A stretch of 64,000 nt of DNA from Eledone cirrhosa (taxonomy: Eukaryota): the NCBI GenBank assembly GCA_964016885.1, contig OZ024749.1, positions 44,020,001-44,084,000 on the forward strand, written 5' to 3'. Numbering within the stretch: the first letter of the stretch is position 1; every line of letters begins with the position of its first letter. The translations under genes and the position numbers were made by a program. A model generated the notes under the pieces. It worked only from the letters and a program-made list of their open reading frames with translations. It did no database searches and had not been told where the DNA came from. Below are positions 47,267 through 62,640 of the stretch, piece after piece.

Positions 47267-48165
47267 CTGTGGAGGCGTAATTTTAGATGACAGGAGGATA
47301 GGGTCGGGAGTTGTGATAAACATATATGTGGTAGTCTGTGGGAGTAATGTAAGTACGTGTATTGGTGATTGGTGTTGTATTGTGTGGGGGTGTGATAGCA
47401 TGTGGGAGAAAAGTCGTAGTGTATATGTATAGAGAGACGGACAGACAGATAATGTTGCCTAAATGTGGGGTTGTAATCATTAAAGAGCCCCCAATAAGTA
47501 AACATATCGATATACTATATTGTATAAAATACATGGCAAACTCTGAATACCTTGGGAGGTATACGTTAGTTTTCCATGTATTTTATATAATATAGTATCT
47601 ATATATGTGTGTGTGTGTGTCGAGAGAGTGAGAGGGGGTGTGAACTTGTCTAATTCTGATTATGTGTAACTGATTGGTTGTGGTTGCGATGTGTACTTAC
47701 GTGTTGTGGTAAGTGGTTGTAATGTAGCTAGATATGGTATCCTATCTAGATGTGACAGCGTGTACATGTTGATCAAATGAACCCATGTTGATTGAACTGA
47801 CCAAGAAGCCTGTGTGTGTTGTGATTCTCGATCAGTTAACCCTTTTGATAGCAAACTGCCATTGGTTCTATGATACAAACGTATATATCCTTATCCCAAA
47901 CTGTTTATATAATACTTTTGTTTACATTCTAAATACCAGCTTAATAGTGAGAGTTAGTATTACTAAAGTCCTCTAAATGTTTGATTATTTTCAAAATATA
48001 TTTGAAAATCATAGGCAGTTTTTTTCATTAGAAATATGGTAATGAGAGGGTTAAAAATAAAAAAATTCACCCATCGTCTTAATCTTTTTGATACCAGTCC
48101 TAAAACTGCTCGTTTTCATATAAAAGCTATCCATGTAAAAGTGGCCACACTTAAAACCTTCCAAC

Positions 48166-48214
<49 letters not shown>

Positions 48215-50753
48215 TTGTTTTAAACAACTTAGTAACAAAAAAGTCAATTATTTAACTAAATTCCTCAACATTTTTAATTATTTTCAAAGTTAATTGAAAT
48301 ATATGGGCAGCATATATGATGAGAAATATGGTAACAAAAAAAGGCTTATTGGTTAATGTAGTTGAGAATATAAAAGACGAGATTACCATGGTTGGAATCA
48401 GGACCTACTTGGGGCAAAACAAACGATAGTGGTGGATCCTCCGTCGGTTACAACGATGAACATCCAGTCATTAGAACAACTGAACATACGACTCTTGAAT
48501 TAAAATATGTTGTTGAATATCCCACAGACACGTGCACTTTTAACGTAATTCTCAGACAATCTGCATGAAACAAAACTGGAAAAGTCTAGACCTTTGAATT
48601 ACAGATACAGTTCATCTGAAGAGCTTCAACACAGTTTTCATCTACCCAGTTTCACTCACAAAGTTCGGGTTGACTCAAGGTTATGGTAAAAACATTAAAC
48701 CAAGATGTTATGCAAGGGAATTGTAACTTTGCAATTGTTGATTTTTCAAAATAATCTCTGCTTTTGGGTCTTCCTTTTAAATAATGATTTTTTTTATTTA
48801 GGCACAAAGCCAACAATTTTTGGGGAGGGGAAAGTCGATTAAAACGTCCACAATGTTACTGGTATTTTATTTTATCAACTCCATAAGGATGAAAGGCAAA
48901 GCTAATCTCTGCTGGATTTGAACAAAGCACTTATATGTGCTATATATCCGTGAAAGCAAAAGAATCTTCACAGGCACCCTAATCATTCATCCATCTATAC
49001 ATATACATAAATGCCTAAGATTTGAAGGGATTCTGCTGGAGGAATCTTTTTGAAAAGGTAAATATTCAGATTTGATCTGAAAGCCGACAGTGTTGGTGCA
49101 GGTCATACAGAGAGCTGGGGTTGACATACAGAAAGCTCCTTTATCATTACAGTGCTTCATTCTACTGCTTGATTCTTTGAAGTCCTTTTCTGGTTACAAA
49201 CAATAGTCTTTTATTAGAGCAGTTTTATGTCCAGAATTTAATTGCTTCCTGAAGTTTAGTATTTGACTTCTACTTGATCTCTTTATACATAGATGTGTGT
49301 TTCAACTACTATTTCAAAGTGTCTTTAGGGCAGTATTAAGTGTTGGATAACGTCCTTTGCAGCATAGTTACAGCCCTTAACATTCTGAGTTCAAATCCCA
49401 CCAAGGAGTTAGCTTTGCCTTCCATCCTTACAGGGTCGATAAAATAAAATACCAGTAATGTACTGGAGTTGATTTAATCAACTTTCCCCTTCCCTTCAAA
49501 TTGCTGGTCATGTGCCAAAAGTAGAAACAATTTTTTCAGTGTGTCAATATATTTGTACAGGATTCTCATTAACGTCACCCATCTCCATTTTCTTTCTTTT
49601 GAAAAAAAGGAGCATAACCCCGAAATATCACGAATTAGGTATCATGTAAATTATTTTTGTTTTGTTTCTTGTTATTTTACTTTACTCTAGTCTTTACTCC
49701 TGTATTCCCAACGTGCATTGTACCAACTTTCCCACCAAACATTTCTAATCACTGATTTATGTATTTGTTGTTATTTTACTTATTGTTTTATGACCAACAT
49801 CAACTGTTATCATGTTTATTCCTGCAGAAAGTGACTGACGACAAATACCCAGTTGGACCATGGCTTTTGGCTTTGTTTATCTTTGTTGTTTGTGGTTCAG
49901 GTACGTACAGTTTTGTCAATTTTTTTTTTGTTTTAATCAGCAGCTGTTGAAAGTTTTCCTTTCACAATTCATAATTTAATTGAAGTTTAAATTAGATGGA
50001 AAAAATTGTTTTTTAAATATAGGGATGAATATCTTAAATAGTTCTTCCTCTTCAGAAGCTTTCATTTTATTTTATTAATGCTTAAATTTTATAAATGCTT
50101 AAATACTCATCATAGGGTCCTTCTTTTGGTGTACTGTTTTATGGCTAGATGCTCTTCCTGTGCCAACTTTTTAGTTGCCTCTTATGATATGAAGATATGA
50201 TGAACCTATTCTGAATCGGAATGAGATGGCTTGGTCATGTGTTGAGCAAAGATGAAAGTGACTATGGGAAATGAATGTGGGATTTATTAGAGTAAAGGGA
50301 AGGTTATGTCTTTGGCATAGCTGAAGTGTCCACCTGACCATTTATTTGGCAGGGTTTCTATGGCTGGATGTCCTTATTACCAACAAATTTACAGTGTGTA
50401 CTGGGTGCGTTTATCATGTAGATCACGTGTTGTGTTCTTGAACAAAACAAATCATTTTATGTTGCTCCAGTATACCCTGCAATGGACTGGTGTTCCTGAC
50501 CAGGGGGGGGGGTCTTGTACTCTCAGTCGCTTCACGCCATGGAAACCGGGATAAGTACCAGCTTGATGAGCCTTCAGACTCGAGTCAGACTTTAACTTTA
50601 ACACCAACACTAGGGAGGTTGTCATGTCTATAGCACAATTTTATTTTCTAAATCTACTAAGAACATAAATTTAGTAACTGATGTTAAGAAAAGGAATCTA
50701 TATACATCTGTAATTTAAAATTGTGATATATAAATCTAACCTAAAATTATTAT

Positions 50754-50790
<37 letters not shown>

Positions 50791-52517
50791 TAAACTCAAT
50801 CAGTTCTTATTGTAGACAGTCCAATACATTATAGTCTTGTTCAAGAGTAGAGAAACTTTTTAACCTGAAAAAACATTTTTATCTAAAAAAAATCAAAAGA
50901 TAATTGAGACTATTGGAACCAATCAATTTATTATAGATAAAAATATGTACAAGGAAATATGAATTTAGCTAACTTTTTTCAGTACAATTTTTGGGCTTTG
51001 AATTTTTATCCAAAATTGTTTTGGTTTTTGGATCAGTCTTTGTTATTTGGGGCTTAACTTCACTTATATATGTATGAACCCTTAACTCCTGTTGTGACCT
51101 GGCTGGCAGAGCCCTTCTCCTCTCCAAAGAGCCATTTTCCTCCAGAGGAGATAGATGTGTGAAAGGGCTGGAGTAGTGTGAAATAAAGAGCTTTGCCGGA
51201 CACAACATGCTGCTGGGAATTCAACTCAGTCTTACAATCATAAGCTGAACATTCTGACCACCAAGCCATACACATTCACATACAAGGATACAGTGTACTG
51301 CCATCATCATTATCGTTTAACATCCATTTTCCACGCTAACATGGGTTAGACGAGTTGTCCTGTTTGAGGCAAGTTGGGTCAGGTTCATATGGAACTGTTT
51401 CTGGCCTAGTTTCTACAGTTGGATGCCCTTCTTAACACCAACCACATTTACAGTGTGTGTTGGGTGCTTTTTATTGTGACACTTACATGACCACTTTACA
51501 GTGTGGGCTGTGTGCATTTGTCGTGACACCTACACGACCACTTTACAGTGTGGACTGGATGCTTTTTGTTATGATACCATATTAGTGTAAAATCATGTTT
51601 TTGTGGCAAATTCAGCTTTAGAGTATTTATACCAACATGATTCTGTTATTAGATATCTAGATAAGATTATCTGATATAGTGTCAAATATATACTTCAGGA
51701 TTTAGTGTAATAGCTTGTTTACTCATAAAACATTGCCAGTTGTCATAAGTAAAACAAATGGATGTCAGATTTTCCATAGATACATTTTTTTTTTTACATT
51801 GTTTTCAAATAAATCACTGTTATTCTCAGTCTGTTGGCTGAAGCACATAATAGAGCAATGGAGTCATTCTCTGTTTTCTTTATACAGTAGGATTGTTTGA
51901 AATAAAGCTATATTTTTAGTAATGAAAGTATTTTAAAACAAAGATTTAAAAATTTTCTGTCTGATATTTGAGATGTTCAAGGATGGAGGTGGTTTGGGGA
52001 GATGAGGGGGGTCCATTTTCCATGCTAGCATTGATTAGACGAATTGTTCCATTTTGAGACAAGTCAGATCAGGTGACTGTCTTGCTCATACAGAACTGTT
52101 TGAAAATCATAAGCAGTGTTTTTCATTAGAAATATCATAATGAAAGGGTTTACATACATCAGTCACAATAATGCTATTAGACCTAACTGTTTTCATATCA
52201 ACCCATGCTAATCTAGCAGTGGCTCTATGAAACTGAAATACCCATTTTAAAGGGTTCCTACTTAAATTAATATCCTCCAACATAACTTAATGTCAGAATT
52301 GCATCAATCATGAAATCATTTATAATTTTAGTAAATCCATCATAATTCTTTATTAATTAATTGAAATAGTGTATTTCATTAGAAATATGGTCACTAAAGA
52401 GTTATTATTCAGTGTTTATTTTCAATCTTTGTCGAATTTAAATTCCTTAAAAGTGTTTTTTTTTCTCTTATTTTTACAGCTGTCTTTCAAATAATTCAAA
52501 GTATCCGAATGACGTAA
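45502..52517 (+). CDS. SERP1: Stress-associated ER protein (RAMP4/SERP family), 3 coding exons, 64 aa
   Basis: Exons 45502-45585, 49828-49900, 52480-52517 (195 nt): [70 protein letters not shown] at ~52767. Probably co-orthologous to vertebrate SERP1/SERP2. Confidence 0.96.
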
Positions 52518-54488
52518 TGAATCAATGATGATATCTAACCAATCAATTCAAGAGGATACCATATGGACTTTGATTACTCTGGCCAGCTTATTTGTACAGT
52601 GAAGTGAAGAAATTCCTTCCAGAATATCTCCTTAAAAATGATGTTCTCTTTATGCTGTTCCAGAAATCATTTCAGACCATATATATATTTTTTTCTCGTT
52701 TACAATTTTATTTTCTAAAGACATGTGTCTTTTGATAAAATTTATTTAAATATATTCAATTGTGAAAATAAATTGCTTCATCACATTGTCTTAAACAAAA
52801 ATGTTTTATTTTAATATAAAGTTAGTTAAATTTCACCGTTCTAGTGAAGGAACAACAATGATATCACAACTGTAAGCTTTAACAAGATGGTTATAAGCCA
52901 TTTGCTCAAGCTACCATAAGGATAAATTATATTGGCACAATTTTATTTAGATCTACTCCTTATTTTCACTTCGAAATCAAATATTATTTCTTTAGAACTG
53001 CCAAATGATTTAAAGGTATGTGTTTTTAATAAGGATTTATGCCCGAAACGCTTAGGGTGGAGAAAATTGTAAGAAATAACTGCCTTTCCCAAGAACATTA
53101 GTAACATAGGTGGTATAATTAATATTGCCATAATCACTGATCTATTTCCATTTATTGAATCTATCATTCAGGACTGCACCATCTTCACTTATTTCTTTCT
53201 GGCGCCCTTATTTTCGATGAGTTTGTGTAATGTTAGTTTCTTTTTGTTTATTTGTCTTCCACTAAATAAGGTGTTGTGTTTTCGCAATACTTTCCACCTT
53301 TACCATAGATTAGTTTGGTAAATCTTTTTATTTTTATTTTTTTTCGTTTTTTTTTTTCGTTTTACTTTTTTTTTAATTTTATTTTTCTCTCTAATTTGAA
53401 AAAAAAGAAGCTTGTTTCATGCAGCAAAGGGACCAAATGACAAACTGGTTCTGTTTACTTACATCCAACAAAGTTTGGCCCTGAGATGGGTGTGTAAGCT
53501 CACAAGCTGAAGCTAACTTGTAAACAAAAATAAATATTTCAATCTAATTGAATTCTATATTTTTAACAGAATATGTTCAGTAGATACTTAGCTAATATTC
53601 TTGCTAAATAACCAAATTCTTTGAATTCCAAATTATGGTTCATTTTCACCAAAATTTTCCACTTAATGGTTAAAAACTGCTTGGTTCATTTGAATCTGTT
53701 TTTCTCTCTCTCTCTCGCTATCTCTCTCATATAAAAAAACCAATAATGTTCAGTATTTAACCCTTTAGCATTTAAACCAGCCGTATCTGACCAGAATCCT
53801 CTCACCTCTTTCTGTTCAAAACGGCTGTAACCGGCCGCTCATACTTATGTTAAGATATTGTTCTCAAAATAAATATCAAAATCTCATAGATTCGATATTA
53901 TGTGAGGTAAAGCCTTCACCGTGAAAATATAATAGTAAATATAGAGTAATGTAAATGCTAAGGGTTAAATTGCTTCTATTGAACTTTTGTAATATTGAAG
54001 GAAAAAAAAAAATAAAAAAAAGTCTGAACACTGAACTTTATAGTCTTTGACTAGACAACTTGTTTTAATAAAGAATTTTATTCTCTAATGAAAATGACAT
54101 TGAAAATTGCAGTTTTTCCATTTATTTTTTTTACAATTTACCTTTTATTTTTGTTGAGTAGTTATAAGGTTTGTTCTGTAAGAGGAGGGGTGTGTTTTAT
54201 TGACATAACTCCAACATATTTAATTACTCTTTTACTCTTTTTACTGGTTTCAGTCATTTGACTGCAGGGGTGGGGTGTGTACTATTTTGGTTTAATGCAT
54301 CATATCAACCTCCCAGTACTTATTTACTGGTTTCAGTCATTAGACTGCAGCCATTCTGGGGGCACTATCTTGGTTTAGTGCATCATAAACCCCAGTATTT
54401 ATTTGTTTTAAAATTCTGGTACTTATCTTATCAACCGTCTTTTTCTGTTGAATTGCTGAGTTATGAGATGTAAACACACATGCACATA

Positions 54489-54537
<49 letters not shown>

Positions 54538-57450
54538 TCGTTTTTACGTCCGTTTTTTTCCATGCTTGCATATATGTTTTGCACATACAGAACTGATTTT
54601 GGCTGTAGAAACCAAGCCGAAATCAGTTCTGTATGTGCAAGACATGGTCACTTGACCTAGCATTGCCCACAACAGGACAACCTGTGTAACCCATACTAGC
54701 GTGGAAAAATTGACGTAAAATGGTGATGATGATATATATGATAGGCTTCTGCAGTTTCCTTCTATCAGATTTCACTCATAAGTCGTTACACAACCCTAAG
54801 GCTACAGTCGAAGACACATTTGCCGAAGGTGTAGCACAGCAGGACTGAACCCAGAACCATTAGGTTGCAAAGAAAGATCCTTAACCACACAGACATGCCT
54901 GCACACCATTTATTATTCTAGTGGCCGGGAGTGGAGAAGAAACAAAGTTTGTCTTAGCTGGTTGTCAAATCAGAAAGGTTACCAAAGCAACATATCCAGT
55001 TTAGAAGAGGTACATCACATTCCTGGGTGACAGAGAGGATCAACTTTCAAGGTTGGTACCATAAAAAGCATCAAGCTGTAAAACATTACCTCAAATGATC
55101 CCATGAGAGAAAACAGCACAGCTCCCATGACTTTTTCACAGTTGCTGAAGCATGGAACAAACTACCTGCATCAGTTGTTAGCTGTTGGAACACTGCATCC
55201 TTTAAATACCTCCATGCTTCCTGAAATTTGCCAACAATACACCTGATATACCCTGCCTCCATACACATGTATATAATGACTTATACACTGTTCACTTTCC
55301 TGACATTTGTACATTATTCTATGTACTATACATGCACCTTTGATGAGTTGTAGTGTACCTGAGCACTGTATACAATAATTTCATTATATAAATGTATCAA
55401 ATGTAATTTTCATTGGACTGTGTAAGTGGTTGAGTATATGTGTGACATCCGAACAAGTATCCTCTACCTCCAACTAACTTACCCTCCACCTCTTGGTCCT
55501 GGCTGACAGGATGGAGAATAGATTACTCCGAAGGACAGTGAGGGAGATGTACTGGAACAGTGTTTATATTTATCTAAAAAATCTTACACCATAATTTCAT
55601 GTTAGAGACTGTCATATTATGTTCAAAACAGCAGCTTAATAATAAAAAAGATTTTGCTAAATCCCTCCAAATTTGATATCATTTTCAAAATTATTTGAAG
55701 TTATAATGATTGAATTGGGAGGACAAATCAAGATTGGCAAAGAATTCCTTAAGGAATTGGAGTTGGTTTGGCACAAAGGCTCCATTTATAGCCTTCTCTT
55801 TGGTATTTTTAATGAGAAAATTGTTCAGCAGCTCAAGATGAACGGTTTCTGGGCATATTTATATAATTTGTGCACCATACAAGCTACAGATACACAAAAG
55901 GATCTTTTTTGAAGTAATATTTTTTACTCACAGCACACAGAGACACTGTGCCTACATATAAACTGAATATACCCAGCAAAGAGGTTTCAAAATATTTCAG
56001 TAACATAATAGAATTAGTTTCTGGCAGAATAAAACATCAAATTTAAGAAAGAGATAGTGAAATTGGTGATGTTCATATCAGCTCCAGCTTGGAATTGAAA
56101 GAATTAGTTCAATAAGAACTGATAACACGAGCCTTCACTATGTAGTGTTACAAATAGATAACCTTAATCCTTGCCTTAACTTGTCTTATATGGGAGGAAT
56201 TAAGGTTATCTATCATTAAAGTGATTTCAAAAGCAAATGGTTTAAAAATATAACTGAAGCACTCTGTTAGTTATAAGTATTTCACTTGATCTGATCAATG
56301 AAATAGTTTGCTCATGAAATTAACAACCAAGTGGCTGAGCATTCCACGGACATGCGTACCCTTAACGTAATTCTCAGGGAGATTCAGCATGACACAATGT
56401 GGCAAGACTGGCTATTCGAACTACAGGTACAACTCATTTTTACCAGCTGAGTGAACTGAAGCAATGGGAAATAAAGTGTCTTGTTCAAGGACACAATGTA
56501 CTGCTGTGAATTGAACTCATAACCTTACCCTAACCACAAAGCCATGCTTTGTTATGGTGATAAAGCAACAGAGCCCACAAGAATAAAACAGTTAAAGACA
56601 GGATCTGCAGCTTAAGAATCCACTGCAGTGGAATCCCAGAAGAAATGATGCCCCTTACTCTAGGGACACAAAAGTTTACAATCTGGACTGTTGCCATTAG
56701 TATGAGATAAATTGACTGACTCCAGAACAGACATCATCATCATTGTTTAACATCCGTTTTCCTAGCTAGCAAAGATCGGATGGGTCATCAGTAGACCAGG
56801 TTGGTACTCAAAGTAAAGGCACTGATCTATGCAAAGAGAAATGGAGCGAGTTGGTTGGGTCATGTGTTGAGGAAAGTAACTGGGATAAAGAAATATAGCC
56901 AGTAATGAATGCTGTGAAGAAAAATGGAATGAGATGGTTGGGTCATGTGTTGAGGAAAGATGAAAGTGATTATGTGAAAGGAATAGAACCAGTGATGGAT
57001 GTTGTGAAGGAAAATGGAGAGATAGTTGGGTCACACGTTTCTTTTTTTTTTTTAACTTATTACTATTATTATTTATTTACTTCGTTAATAACACATGTAT
57101 TCAAGTTACATTTAATGAAATTAAGTCTTGATAAATTTAATGAAGCTTTTTGTGTTAAACTTACTTTAAAATCGTCATTCTCACTTTGAAGTGGGACGGT
57201 CTCATTTAGAAGTGACGTGCTCACTTTAAAATACATATATACATTATAAACTCGCAATTACACACGGCATTTTCAACGGTTACATTAATGCTACTCATTA
57301 AAAATTTGAGTATCATGAATTTCACTGTCTTATATTGTGAGATTTGTGGCAATTAAACAAAAAAAAAAACGAAAAAAAAACTGAACGTTGCGGGGGAATG
57401 TTTTTCTATTGGGAACATCTAAATATTAACACCGTAATTAAATTACAGTA

Positions 57451-60400
57451 ATGGCGGCGCCCAGTAAAAAACGTGGTAGTTCACCAGAAGGTGAAACAAT
57501 ACCTAAAAAGAAATGTTTTCCTGGTCATTGGAGTCAAGGGTTATTAACTTCAATGGAAGACCCAAAGTTATGTGTCGACAGTGATGATCAGGTGGTAGTC
57601 ATAAAAGATAAATATCCGAAGGTATTTACTCTGTAATGCTGAATAATCGCAATATTTTTTTTTTCGATGAAGTATGAGACGACCAATGCTTTTATTATAT
57701 TGAAATAAACAATGTACATAAAATTACATAATAGCAAAGTTCACATTTCCCCCTCAACAAACATGCTGACAATATATATAGCTTGAAATTACTGTATTAT
57801 TATAGAAAGACACCCCCACCTATTTCACAAAGGGAACTGGAGCCTCCCTCGTATCTACTAAATTTTGGACCAGGAATTATCAGCAAACTAAGTTTTGTTT
57901 CAACCTGTGGTGTTGGAGAAGTTTTGGGAGAGCTGGGCCACTGGCAACAAAGAATATGTAAGTGAAATGTTGGCATCCAGCCTATCTGCGAGGTCAGTAG
58001 CTTCGTTTGAGTACTGATTCTTGCTAGCAGTGAAAACACGTTAAGTGATGATGATGATAATATATGTGACTGTTGGATTGATTTGCGCTTGCTTAAGTTT
58101 GTTGATATCATGGTTTTCGTTTGGATCTGTTTGTGGTCTAGTTGAGATATGTAGTCTTAGTGTTATATCTATTCGTCTGTTTAACTGAATGTTCATCAGG
58201 CAGATGCTTATCCCCGATTTCCTTGGCGTTAAGCGACAGAGAGTACAATACTCCTTGGATAGGACGTCAGTCTATCGCAGGATTAACATCCCAATTACTA
58301 TTAGTGCTCACTCTCAGCTGAGTATACTGGAGCAGTGTTATATATATAAATATAGTAGTAATAATAAATATATTACTACTATATATATATAGTAGTAATA
58401 ATAAATATATTACAACTATATATATATAGTTGTAATAATAAATGCAAAGACCAATATCCAGAGAGGACTCGATAAGAGTTGCATACACTGATAATAATAT
58501 ATATTAATTATATATCACTCATTTATTTATTATTTATTACTTATATATATATATATATATTAGTTATTAATTGAGAGTAACAAGACTCATTATATAACCT
58601 TAACAAAAGGAATATTTAAACTTTACTTCAGTATTAAGTACACTTTTCTCTCACCTGTCAACTATATATATGTTTTTTCCTTATAGGCTAAGTATCATTT
58701 CTTAGTTCTTCCAAAGATGAAGATTGCAAATTTGAAGAGTCTTTCCAAAGATCATGTTAGTCTACTCAAACATATGCATAAAATGGGAAGCAAAATAGCC
58801 AAAAGGTAAGTTTGAATTTAACATAGATTAATCGTATGGTATGGACCCATAACTCTTGAGGGAGTTGTAGGGTGCCATATTGACATACAGCGTTTCTTAG
58901 GGTATTTTTAAACCTGGGGGAGCCTATCCCTCTCCAGGCCTGAGTACAGCAGATTTCTTCCAGAGAAAGATAGAGAGTGAGAGAAAGAGATATAGAGGAA
59001 GAATAAGAATCGACTCCAGTACTAGACTGGTTCTTTTTTTATCGACCTCAAATGGCTGAAAGACAAAGTAGAACTCAGAGAGGTGTAATGAATACTGCAA
59101 AGCATTCTATCTGACATTCTAATGTCTCTGCTGATTCGTTACCTTCTCTTCCTCTATTGAATTATTTAACTATGTCTGTATATACCTCAGTTTCTTTAAT
59201 GAAATGGGTCTTATACATTTTCATTATATGTTCTATTTGCAGGAGTGACGAAAATCTTCAGTTTAGGATGGGATACCACAGCATTCCTAGTATGGGGTAT
59301 GTATTCCAGCATTTTTATTTTAACTTTTCTGACCAAATCCACCAGGTTTGAGTTCTGTAGATATTCTAAGAATTATTTTAAATGACCCTACATGTTGGTT
59401 AGTAGGTCAAATAGGACACCCTATCTTTTCTGTTTATGATAAATTACACTGCTTAATGATTGATTCTGTTTAATGTAGCTTACCACATTAATTTAACCCT
59501 TTAACATTTACATTACTCTATATCTACTATTGCATTTTCACGGTACACACTTTATTTCACATAATTATCCCACTAATATTGAATCTACGAGATTTTAATA
59601 TTATTTATTTTGAGAACAATACCTTAACATAAGTATGAGCAGCTGGTTATGGCTGGTTTAAATGCTAAAGGGTTAAATTCACAAAATTAAGAAATTTCGT
59701 CACTAATCTTTCTTCTTCTTCACCTACTTATTCCTGGGAAGATCATGGGGATAGAGTCTTCAGACATTCCTCCCAGAATGTCCTATCAGAAGCAACCATC
59801 TCTAATTGATCCAGCTGGATGCTCAAATGAGACCAACCAAGCTCATGGATGTTATCCAACCATCTCCCTTGTGGTCTGCCTCTAGGTCTCCTACCAGCTG
59901 GCTTTACCCATAAAAATATGCCTAGTGATTCTTTCCTAGTATCAGTATCAGAGCTGTGATCTCTTGATTATTTTGCTGCCAAGTGCTGCATGGAAGGAGT
60001 GAAAATCAGTGCTGTGTAAAACTAAGACTTATTTTTATTAACATATAAAATAAATTCTTCTTTGCAGACAACTCCATCTTCATGTGATCAGTCAAGACTT
60101 TTGCAGTCAGTTTTTAAAAACTAAGAAACATTGGAACTCTTTTACAACAAACTATTTCATTGACTCAACAGGTTAGTAGATTTTACTAAATTTATGTTCT
60201 GCACACTCTGTGGACTCTGTAAAGTTGTTGGTGATAGGAAGGTGATCTAGTCAGAGAAAACTTGCCAAATGATGAAAAATTGCTTTTTTCCTCTATGAAA
60301 ACATCATCATCATTCAGTTTCCCTGCTAGCAGGGGTTGGGTGGGTCTTCACTGATCAGTGACGCTCTCATTTTGTTCTTTCTTTTCTTTTTCTTTACTAA

Positions 60401-60852
60401 TTTATTTATTTATTTCATTTTCTATCTTTATAGAAATTATTGAAACAATTAAAAAGGAAGGCAAATTCTCAGTTGATGCAACAATAAATCAGAACTTGTT
60501 GAAAAAAGATCTCCGGTAAATTCTGTTAAACATATTTAATTTTTAAGTGAAAAGCAGCCTGTGTACATGTCATCATCATCATCATCATTATTATCATCAT
60601 AATCATTATTATTATCATCATCATAATCCTTGTAATCATCATCATCATCATCATCATTAATGTTATAATTATCATCATCAATGTCCATTTTTCACACTTG
60701 CATGGGTTAGGTGGGTTGTGACAGTGCAACAAGGGTTATTAATATATGTTTTATTCAATTTCAGGTGCCATGTTTGCAACACTAGGATGACAACAATGCC
60801 AGCTCTCAAACAACATATCAATCAACATGATTACTCCAACAAGGAAACATAA
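57451..60852 (+). CDS. APTX: Aprataxin (HIT domain + C2H2-type Zn finger; no FHA domain seen), 6 coding exons, 205 aa
   Basis: Exons 57451-57621, 58687-58805, 59243-59296, 60068-60171, 60434-60515, 60765-60852 (618 nt). Motifs [58 protein letters not shown] and LRCHVC...[11 protein letters not shown]. Confidence 0.96.
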
Positions 60853-62479
60853 TAAACTCTAAAAAAAAATGTTCTTTGGTTTGTTGTCAGGTGGAAATCC
60901 AAAATATTTTCTCACCATTTTGTATTTAATCCGGCCAGATTTCTCTCACCCCTTTCTGTTCAAACAGGCTGTAACTAGCCATTCATACTAATGTTAATGT
61001 ATTGTTTTCAAAATAAATAATATCAAAATATCATACACTCGATATTATGTGAGGTAATTACATGAGGTAAAGACTTTACCATGAAAATGTAATAGTAACT
61101 ATAGATTAATGTAAATGCTAAAGGGTTAAACCTTTTGAAAACAAACTATCCAATACCTACGATAAAAAAAAAAACAACCCAAAACAAAAGAAACTTTTAA
61201 AGTGTTTATATTTATCTAAAATTCTTCTGTCGTAATTTTTGTTCCAAACACTGGCTTAATAAAAGAAAGTTATATTATTAAATCTCTTTGAATTTTTATT
61301 ATTTTCACTCCACGACAGCATCGAGGGTACTTCTGAATTTTTCCCACTGACCAATCATTGCCCAGGCTTTTAACACCCTGGAAATCGATGGAGCTCGCTG
61401 TGAAGTTCATATTCTGACTGATTTTTCACCTTCACTTTTAGGTGTATCTTGCAATATCAGAGGCTTTAAATTTTTTTAACAAGTTTCATTTGTACCCTCG
61501 ATGTAGTCGTAGACTGTAAAAATATAGATAATGTTTTTCATTGGTAATATGGCAACCCTCCTCCACATCATCATCATCATCATCATTTTATGTCCGCTTT
61601 TCCCTGCTTGCATGGGTAGGACGGGTCCTATTCAGCACAGCATCTCTCCACTTGTCACGGTCCTTCGTCATCTCCTCCGTGAGTTTCAGCGATTTGAGGT
61701 CTGCTCTCACCACCTCTGCCCATGTTTTTCAAGGTCTTCCTCTACTGCATCTTCCTGTTTAATTCCACTCTTCCTCACTAGCATGGGTTAGATGAGTTGT
61801 GCCATTGTGAGATAAGCCAGAACAAATGACCCTGTCTTGCTCATACAGAATTGATTCTGGCTTGGTTTCTATGACTGGATACCTTTCCGAATAAAAGGGT
61901 TAATTATACCAACACTCCACTGTAACTCAGAGCTGGAACAGATATCATCTAGCAATACTCGAAATCCACCATCCCTGGACTGGTACTTTATTTAACGACT
62001 CTAAAAGGATGACTGGCAAAGTTGACCTCAGTGGAATTTAAACACAGCTATTGCTTAGAACATAACATAACAAAGTTTCTTTCCTAAAGTTATGATGGCA
62101 GGTTTTCAGATAAACATAGACACTTTAAAATAAACTGTTTGGTATCATAGAACCAGGGATGATCTCAGGTAATTTAATATCAAAATGGTTAAATGAAATT
62201 AATTAGAGTTGGTACATGAAAATAAATTAGATTTTAGATATTATAATATTAAAAACAGTGGAAAAATATTGTCATGGTTAACTCTCTTCTGGACCCTCTC
62301 TGGGGTCTCGGGATACATATCTATTGTGCTTCTGATGACAGGTCAGGTTGCAGGCAATTGGGGACAGTTCTTTCTGATAGAACTTGCTGGAAGGAGTATT
62401 TGAGGACTCTGCGAATAAGCTTTTGAAAAAAAAAAAGATGCAATTTAGACCATTCCAATAGAAGGTTGCTCTGTATACT

Positions 62480-62640
62480 TAACTATATATCTGTGTACCT
62501 AAAGATATCTCTATATCTGTATATCTGTATACCTGTATATCTAAGTATATATCTGTATACCTGTATATCTAAGTATATATCTGTATTCCTAAGTATAGCT
62601 CAGTATATCTGTACACCTCTGTATATCTGTGTACCTATGG
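62480..62640. repeat. Degenerate tandem repeat
   Basis: tatatctgtatacctgtatatctaag-type units. Confidence 0.8.

Noticed and set aside
53020-53065. Hammerhead at cccgaaacgctta (also weak candidates at ~22780-22820 and ~3125-3180 minus)
   Set aside because: The CUGAnGA core and/or stem I cannot be formed; too degenerate to call.
55673-55912. Possible upstream FHA-coding exon of APTX
   Set aside because: No resemblance to FHA motifs (GR, SR..H/Q, NP/NG) and no convincing splice sites.
12828-60852. Minor (U12) introns, or a functional gene cluster linking PYROXD1, the tRNAs and APTX
   Set aside because: All donors are ordinary GT sites without the GTATCCTT consensus; adjacency of housekeeping genes gives no evidence of co-function.
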